Of a DNA stretch of 64,000 nucleotides, positions 55,334 through 64,000 are shown one piece after another. The stretch lies in assembly GCA_965113315.1 (NCBI GenBank), contig OZ220368.1; one strand, given 5' to 3'. This DNA comes from Podarcis vaucheri. Taxonomy: Eukaryota. Numbering within the stretch: position 1 is the stretch's first letter; each line of letters starts with the position of its first letter. Below the pieces are notes generated by a model. The model saw only the letters and a program-made list of their open reading frames with translations, did not search any database and was not told the DNA's origin. Made by a program: the position numbers and the translations under genes.

Positions 55334-58300
55334 AGTGATTCTCCATCCTTTGAAACCATCTGGACCAGCATCAATTTACACCATGAACATGTGGGTTTGT
55401 ACGACTGGTGTGCTATCCCTTGCAAAACGCTGCTGCTGGAGTTGCCCTAAATCACTATAAATCTGTGAATAATTAATCTGATCACAGCTCATGGATAATG
55501 CAGGTCTTGAAAATCTCTCAAAATAGAAATTGGGAGATGAGAAAAGTTTGTGGCAGCCCCACTTTGTTAAATTATCACTAATAACGCAAGGAAGGTTTAC
55601 AAGCAAGCTTAAGTGTACAGACACCTTTTTATTTTTACGGTTTTCAAGCTAATTGCTCTCAGAAGTGCAAATCAATGTAGCTCACAGTCTATCACATAAC
55701 AGAGCTGAATACAGCTTCTCATTTCTAAAAGCACAACTGCAATGTTCTCAGAAATCTCTAAATAAAGCAGCTTCACCTTCCATCTAAGTAGCTCAGCCTT
55801 GGTCCTATAGTTTGCTTGCATGACATGGAGGGCTCTTGCAAGTATTTATGGACCAAAGAAGCCATATCTATATATTTTTTCTTGTAAAAGTATACACATT
55901 CAACTTCAGTGGGGCATTTCCCTCTCCTTAAATGCACCTCAAGGCTCCTATTTTCCAAGATCTGGATTTGACTTTGTATTCATACTGCGCCACCAAAATG
56001 CTCACCACTGTGGTTGGCTTTCCCGAAAAAGAACCACATGCACAAGCAACAACAACAACAACAACTAATGAACAGCCCCAACATGGGAGGTCATGCACAA
56101 GTCAGGAGGAACATGTGCAGAACATGTCACAGAGCCTGTTTGGTTGTACAAAGCAACATCGAATTGTTAAAACATCTTGGCTGCTGTTGGCAGGTAGTAT
56201 TGTACATTTGGTTTAGAGGTATACGAGATGAAGTCCCGCCATATGGCACTAAATGATTGTGGTTTTTCCTTGCCTTGCATCAAATGTATTCACCTTTAGA
56301 TCACTCTTAAGGTCAACGTCACCCATTCCATACACTGGAAAAGCTACAGGTAAGAAAGGCTTTAGACTCAGCTTCTTGATGTCAATGTCCATGTCTCATT
56401 CCCCCCTCCCCGGCTGGCTTCCACAGCCGCTATTCCAGATTGTTGCTGCTTCAATGGATCTTCCCCTTTCCTTTCCTAGCCCCTCTATCTTTTATGTTGC
56501 TGCACATATGCGCACAGCTTAAATCATGGCAATTAAATGCCCATTAAATGCAGCAGCCGCAGCAGCAGCACAACACAGAGAAGGAGTGCTATAATGGTGA
56601 TATGAATTCAAGAGCTTTCTCAAAAAGAGTATGGCTGTGCTGCTTGAATCCATAGATCTCACATGCCTGGCCATCTGTACATTTGTGTTCCAAGTGTTTT
56701 TCCTCATGCAAGCCAGGTGCCTTAAATATGGCTATTAAATATTGACAACGTACTACAAGATTCAAAAGACCATGGGTGGTTCTTTCAGCCTTGCTTTCAT
56801 ATAGCACACTCTTTTCCTGCAATGCACACTACACCGAAGTGGTTCTTGTGCAAGGGGAAAGTCTGTAACAAGGCAGATATCTGTATACTGCAAGCATTAC
56901 TCTTATCACACCTATATTGCTACACCAGGAATAAAAAATGTCCCATATGGTTACCTTGGCTGCTATCCTTTTTTCACAGAAACCTTTCACAGATTTGCTT
57001 GTCTTGCTTGACTAGGAAGAAGGATGCTACAACTCACACAAATGCTTCACTGCATATCTGTGCTAGTTTCTGGGTTAGGTTTGCCAGGAAATTTCAAACT
57101 GCTGTTTTAAAAAATCCTCCGTCAACGAACCTAGCCTGACTTGGGTCTAACACTGCAAATGTTCTATGCAGCTCTGCAGTCCCCTGGCTGTCAATGGTTA
57201 TCAGTGGCTGCTTTCCTAATGTTTTATTTTGAAATAAGTACAACCCACTCTGTGAAGAGGCAGGTGCAATTAAATTCTATTAGGTGTTAGAAACAAGAAG
57301 AACTTATACCAATTTAAACAACAAGATAATTAGGATATACTTATTGTGTGGATTTTAAAAAAAAAATTTACTTTGCACAAAGACATTAAGAATGTATCTC
57401 TGTAGTTTACACCACTGTTTTCTCTTTGCAGATGACTACCGAAGCATTAAGTGGCATTAATCTTAGTGCCCAAATGCATTCAAATTCTGCGTGTATTCTC
57501 AAAAGCAGTCTTTCAGATTTCAGAATAACCATTTGTATGCAAGCACCTATATTGCAGAGCACTGAAGTTCCCTGTTTTCCATAAATCAGCATCTAATACG
57601 GTGCATAAATGCAATTGTCCCAATGGAGTTTTGCTGCTGTGCAAGAGCTGTGGCACTCTCAGCTATGCCCAAATTGTACCCAAACTCACCAGCACAATCC
57701 AATGGTCAGAAGATTGGAGGGATGCAAATACTTTCTAAGATATATTGGACTTGAGGGGAGGGTGGGATATCCCACAAAAGTGACCCAAACCCAGCCAGAT
57801 GGGTGGGGTATAAATAATAAATTATTATTATTTATTATTATTATATTGACAATTGCTTCAGAGGATAGTTGGTCATAATGTAGAAAATTATGAAAGCCCA
57901 AGACACATGGCCTTACAGTGCAAAATGTTTTTTCTAGGCAAGAAAGCATTAAACTGATCAGTTTATAGCAGAGCAAATATCCTGCAAATGGTTGCTCATT
58001 CATTGCATCAAAAACATCTTAAATTAACTTAAAGACAAAGGGTGATAGTCAACATTAGTCTCCCGCAGAGTAGATAATTGAAATCAATGGATTTTTGGTC
58101 CATTGATTTCCATGGATCTACTCTGAGAATGAGTAACATTGGATGTTGTCAATGTAAAAATGAAAAATAGTGGGTTGTAGCCAATATTTTAAAGTCTGGG
58201 TCTATTATCGTTAATATTGGGTTGACTACATCTTACTGTAGCTGAGTACCAGCTAACAAAGCAACTGCAATTTGGAATAGCAGCTACATCACAGCCAATA

Positions 58301-60560
58301 AGCAACAAAACTATCTCCCCAGGCTCAATTCAAATTGTTGGTTTTAACCTTTTAAAACAGTGGTTGGCAGAAGATAGGATTGGGATCTACTGGTAGGTCT
58401 CTTGCTGACATGTAGACTTTCCTTATGCAGATAGACCTTGGCAACACATGGGCATGTGTGAAACCTAATGCCAAGGCAGTGCCAGCAGCATGGCCCCATT
58501 GCTGATAACCAGATGAGGCCTCCCATGGCAATTACTCCATCCATAAGAAATTCCATCTAGGCAGTTAACTAGAAGGGGGAGTTAAGATGCCTTTTTTAAA
58601 AAGGACTTCGATTAATTTGGCACAGCTGAAGGTTGGTTGGTTGTTGTTGTTGTTGTTGTTGTTATCTTTGTTGGCTGGTTGTTTGCTTTGTGGATTTACA
58701 CCCCGTCTTTCCAATTCCACAAGGCTGTGCTCAAGGTGACCTACATAACCATAAAACTAATTAACAATGTTTAGAAATCAAACTACAAAGAGAATTAAGT
58801 GAAACCAATTAAACAGAAAAGTAGCAGATAAGAGCACAGAGGAGACAACAGTAAAACGATGAACGCCAAGCAGAATAAACACTTGCTACTCACCAGTGGG
58901 ACACTAGCAAAGAACGTTCCGAATGAACTTCCTGAGGCAGGGGTTTCACATTCTGGATGCCACTGCAGAAAAGACCCTCTCGCACATCCTGATCCCTGGA
59001 AACCTGGTAGTCAAAAAGGCCTCACCAGATGTGGTTGTTCTTGTCTTGTTGCTGCAGCTGTTTTGAATGGAATGTTATTATTTACAAGTTGTTGCTTTTT
59101 ATTCTAAGTTGGGGACACAGAAGAAGGGAGGGAGGTGGTTGTTCTGAGGGTGTCCTCTGAAAGCAATTTCACCCCATCACTCCTCCAAAGTGCATGGGCA
59201 GATCCTTTCACCTTGAAGTGCCCTGAGACCAATCCCCCCATATATCCCAGGCTGAAGGTAATCAAAGTCCCTTACTTGACATCAGCCTGACTCCCAGTGT
59301 ATGTTAGCTGAGGGTTCCGTTACATACTGTTGTCTGCTGTATGGCCTGGGAGTATTAGTCTTTGGCTGAGGGCCTCTCCTACCCTCCACTCTCTCCTTTT
59401 TCTTTTGTTTTTTTTACTCCCAGTGCATCTGTAGTCTACTCATATATGGTTGGCGTTGGAAGCCGCCCAGAGTGGCTGGGGAAACCCAGCCAGATGGGTG
59501 GGGTATAAATAAATTATTATTATTACTACTACTACTACTACTACCTGGAGATACCAGGTATTAAATTTGAGTTTATGTTTTACCACTGACCTACAGGGCA
59601 CTTGTGATGGGGCCTTGCTCTGAAGCATGCTTAATCAAGCTCTATACCAAAGCAGCTTAATTTATTTCATTCAGAAAACCTGGAAGAACAGAACTTTTCT
59701 GTAATTCTGTTAAGCTTTCTCTCCAGGGTAGTTTCCTGGGCTCTAGAAGCTGCATGACTGCTTGCAGCAGGTACCATCTGGCTCCTCTGAATAATATTTA
59801 ATATAAATTTAGACACAGCCAATGTGCCGGTGGTTTAATTGTGTGGTTTAATTGAGCAAGACTTACACTAATTTACTTAATAACATTTTAGCTGTTTGCT
59901 TAGCTGGAGGAAAATGTGAATATTATTCTTGGTTGAAGCAATTCAGATGGGTATGAGTCTTCAAGTTCAGCAGAAATTGTGTTTGCGGCCAATCTCGTGG
60001 CGGGTGCAGTTGTGCGGGGCTCACATCTGTTAATGTTGGCAGTGCAGAAAGCATGAATTATGAACTCAGAGGCTTCTATGGCTTAAGTCCCACCCTGCAT
60101 ATGCATAGAGCTGCAATGAGAGTAAGGTAATAAGTAAGTGTTAGAGTGAATTGTACCGGTTCATATTGTAGATGTAAAGACACATATATCAGTGTTCCCC
60201 ACATCAAAAATCAAACAAAAACCTCTACAAGCAAAAACTAAAACATCAGGGAGAACCATTTGATTAGGATTCTGCTGTCTGTTATCTACTTACATAGGGA
60301 ACATTTAAAAATGTGATGCTCCACCCTGAAATTTGAAGTAGTACCATCCATTCTATTAACTCAGAACTTTACCACAACCATGTTTATTCCTGTTTTGGAA
60401 TTGTGATTTGGGCTGGGCTCTACAAGACCTATTAAATTACTCTTCCTAGTCTGGTTCAGTTTCCATGTACTAAATGCAAAGTTCGCAATCTACAAAATAT
60501 CTAGATAATTACATTTTCTGGAATCATAGTAGAAAGCTATTATCATATAAGCTACAACAT

Positions 60561-60579
60561 CACCCACTAGATGGTGCTG
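60561..60579 (+). promoter_or_regulatory. Candidate CTCF site
   Basis: CACCCACTAGATGGTGCTG is a close match to the CCACYAGRKGGCGC core. Confidence 0.55.
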
Positions 60580-60599
60580 TTATATATACCTGTACATAG

Positions 60600-60972
60600 G
60601 GTGCTTTGGCCTTGTATACCTGAAGGAGCATCTCTACCCACATTGTTCCGCCTTGACACTGAGATCCTGCTCTGAGGGCCTTCTGGCGGTGACCTCATTG
60701 TGAGAAGTGAGGTTACAGGGAACCAGGCAGAGGGCCTTCTCAGTAGTGGTGCCTGCCCTCTGCAATGCAGATGTCAAGGAAATAAACAACTATCTGACTT
60801 TTAGAAGACATTTGAAAGCAACCCTATTTAGGAAAATTTAAAATGTTTGATGTTTTATTGTGTTTTTAATATTTTATTGGAAGCCACTTAGAGTAGCTGG
60901 GACAACTCAGTCAGATGGATGGCATATAAATACATTACTATTACTATTACTATTACTATTACTATTACTATT
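60600..60972 (+). mobile_element. L2-clade LINE 3' end with (ATTACT)n tail
   Basis: Encodes ...TLRSCSEGLLAVTSL*EVRLQGTRQRAFSVVVPAL..., followed by a 3' UTR and microsatellite tail. Short 3' ends of the same family lie at about 57775-57845 and 59455-59543. Confidence 0.8.
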
Positions 60973-61739
60973 CCTTAGTGCTTAGCTTTGTTTTATGTAG
61001 GCACTGGGGTCTGAAAAGGTTAAAGAGACATGATCTAGAACCCCCAGAATCTGGCAGCACTCAGGAACAACCCAGAACAATATTCAAGGAGGACCCAGGA
61101 CCCTTGGGGGAGACTGGCAGAAACACAGCTTGGCCTTTGAAGTAGAGGCAAAACAAACCCCAAGTCCCAGCATCTTAAGAGGCAAACCAATATCGTTAAA
61201 GTCAGGATAAGTGTTCAGTTACAAAGAAAGACTCCTAGAGAGTAAAGTGCAAGTTCTCACAAGGAGAACCTTCTGTATAAACCTCTAAGGGGCTTCAGCT
61301 AAGCTCTGGGTAGGATTCTGGCAGCTCTTGGCTTAAAAGCCTCAAAACAAGACTGGAATAATGTCTTCCAAGCCTGTGCACTCACCTGAACTATGGCCAT
61401 TGTGCCACCAGACCATGGACTGTCTCTTGACCTTGTCTCTGTCTGTGCCCTTGCCTGAACTGCTAGCTGTGTGCCCAGTCTCTGGGTGGCTTGAGGGCCT
61501 TGCCCAGCCTGGGCATGGTCTAAAACAGGACAGTGAGGCAATGGGGAAGTTGGCATGGTGCAAACACACTGGCAGAGCCAATCAGGTGTTTCTGCCAGTG
61601 TATTTGCACTGTGCCAACCTCCCAGCTGCCGCTTCACTCTTCCTCCCTGTAAGCAACAATGACCCACTTTCCAGGAAGGCTAAGGACAATATAGCCGAAA
61701 AACACACTATCCCCTGGAAAGGCTGTCTCATTAAACATC

Positions 61740-63100
61740 GATGGATCTGAGTAACTCAGAATTTGAAAGATATGGTTATATTTCACCATGATAAACTTAT
61801 GAATGAGGTCAAGAATGATATAAAAAAGTGGATGAAGCCCTAAATCTCTCCTTTTATTTTCAAACATTCCTTTAAAAGTAGTGAACGCTTTGCTTTCAAA
61901 CTGGCAAAAGTTTATGTTAGATTTTTTGTGGAATTGAGAAAGCCCAGGATCACAGCCAAAACACTGTGCCAATAAGCTTTCACAGGCTGCCTTCCATTTC
62001 CTTATGCTACATAGAATTAAAAGTGGCCGTGCCATCACTTTTGAAATTTTGGTATGAAAAGACACAGCAATTCATCTTGAGCAAAAAGATTTGTCAGCAT
62101 ATTAAGAACACTTTCGTCACTGAAGCAAATAACATCTTACTAAGATTAAAATATATCCCTGCTAGGGAAATGTATTTACTATATGGCAAAGATTTAAAAG
62201 TCAATTTAGCCCTGGTTTATCACCTCTCACGACAATATATTACAATGCTGAAATGGAAAGAAAGAGCTTTTGGGAAATATTAAACCTTGAGAGGACCATG
62301 GTTGAATCAAATGCTTTTTTAAAAAAATTAATTATTCGATCACACAGAACGTCTTTTTTTCAAATCCTACAGATTAAAATCACAACCAGTAGTGCACCAT
62401 TTGCTGAGAGACTGTGCAGATTTTGAACTAATAGTATCTACTGAACAATTGAAGGTCATAACTAGCTGCTTGCCCAAATACTTATTACCACCCAAACTAT
62501 AACAAATAAATACCAGCTAAAATGGGGATGAGACCCCAAGAGAAATATAATTTGACATTTGGAAATGGACTTGCAAAAATATCCTCTAATTTACATTATG
62601 CATAAAGCTTTTATAAGTTACTATGTGGGGTAATATCTGACACCAGCAAAACTGCATGCAGATTTTCCAGTTGTGTACAGAGACACGACACACACACACC
62701 ATATATATATGAAGTGAAGAATGGAAGTAAAGAATGGAATAATCCATCAATCCTTATTGAAACATATATACAGTGATACCTCGGGTTAATAACTTAATTT
62801 GTTCCGGAGGTCCCTTCTTAACCTGAAACTGTTCTTAACCTGAGGTGCACTTTTGCTAATGGGGCCTTCCGCTGCCGCCCTGTTGCCGGCACATGATTTC
62901 CGTTCTTATTCTAAGGTAAAGTTCTCAACCCAAGGTACTACTTCCAGGTTAGTGGAGTTTGTAACCTGAAGTGTTTGTAACCCGAGGTACCACTGTATTT
63001 ATATAAGCAATCCATATTTCCAAATAGAAATCCAGATGAAATTACTGATTATAACATATAGTATGAATTTGATCTTAATAGAAATGAAAAAGTATATTCA
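61740..63100 (+). mobile_element. Degenerate L1-clade LINE ORF2 C-terminal relic
   Basis: Remnant motifs FQ-IPL...WQKFMLDFLWN...KPRI, LPSISL, KWKER and YLTPAKLH, with many frameshifts. Confidence 0.6.
62771..62995. mobile_element. Tc1/mariner MITE of the same family as 19452-19665, inserted in an L1 relic
   Basis: Same TIRs and internal sequence; TA TSDs. Confidence 0.88.
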
Positions 63101-64000
63101 CATATGCAGTTGTAATGTTGCCTTGAATGTTTTTTTCCTGGATCTTCTAATATGGATACTTTGCCGTCAGCCTATAAATTTATTTTACAATCATGTTATA
63201 TTTTAATCCAATTGTTTTTGCATTTGATTTTATAGTTTCTGCCAGCAGTTCTATTAACAAAGTGATTGTGTATTATTTATGCATACCGATACTGTGAGAT
63301 TAGTATAAATCATTCTAAACCAGCTAATGAATTCAACACCCAAATCTACTAAAAACTTGAAAAAGATCATGCCACTCAACCCTATCAAATGCCTTTTCTG
63401 CATCAACAAATAATACAGTTGCAGTTTTTGCTTATGAATGATATTTATGCACTTGTATATATTTGTTGCTGATTTTCACCTTTAATTAATCCTGTTTAGA
63501 CTTCATGTGTGTAATTATCTATAAAATTATTTAGCTTCTTAGCCAAGAACATACACCAGATTTCAAAGCATTGATTCAGAAGGATGATAAGCCAGTATGA
63601 CTGTCCTGAACCAGCAGGATGACAGGGAGGGGAAGAGGATCCCAGTGAGGGGTAACCAGGACTGGGACACACCAGGGCAAGCAAGGGATGGGCAAGGAAG
63701 TACTCACAGGGTGGTAGAGAATGGCAAGGGGATGAAGGTCAATGCACAGGAACCAGGGCAGCAGGACACATCACCAGAACCAGAGGGGCCCCTGTCCCCA
63801 CAAACATGACAGGCTCTGAGGCATAGGGAGCAGCAGGAGTGGTGCTCTAGGAAGCTGAGGCAAGTAAGGGCCCACATCCCAGCTCCTGAGCTGGTCAGGT
63901 GGGGCTAACTAGCTCTGAGAGTAGGGGTGTGATTCCTCAGCTGGAGTAGGCTTAGAACAGGTGAGGTCACATGCCTCAACAAGCACAGATGCTGAAATCA

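Noticed and set aside
54300-64000. Searched for a downstream neighbouring gene such as ADIG or ARHGAP40
   Set aside because: No exon-like translation recognised; the region is dominated by TE relics
63600-64000. Purine-rich segment resembling a retroelement LTR (also about 60995-61640)
   Set aside because: No paired LTR, primer-binding site or TSD can be verified, and it is cut by the window edge

Overview
This is vertebrate genomic DNA, most likely from a lacertid lizard (inferred from its Sauria/Squam1 and Squam3 SINEs and squamate-type L2, Penelope and hAT repeats). It holds the complete spliced coding region of RALGAPB (Ral GTPase-activating protein beta subunit) on the + strand. I mapped 29 coding exons from the ATG at 7161 to the TAG at 49067, giving 4491 nt and 1496 aa with consistent splice phases throughout. 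Two introns are GC-AG. A long, apparently TE-free 3' UTR probably ends near 54290. The non-coding first exon and promoter are not visible and probably lie upstream of the window. The rest is intronic or intergenic DNA with many transposons: an OC1/OposCharlie-like hAT with a transposase remnant, hAT and Tc1/mariner MITEs, four Sauria SINEs, a Squam3 SINE, and L2, CR1, L1 and Penelope fragments. There is also a 149-N assembly gap. The best leads are a candidate in-frame 48-nt cassette exon and a candidate 32-nt poison exon in the same intron, a gap that may hide an alternative exon, a Penelope-derived hammerhead ribozyme core, inverted TE pairs around exons, and two CTCF-like sites. I found no convincing novel multi-gene system. 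Almost all ORFs in the six-frame track are exon read-throughs or noise.
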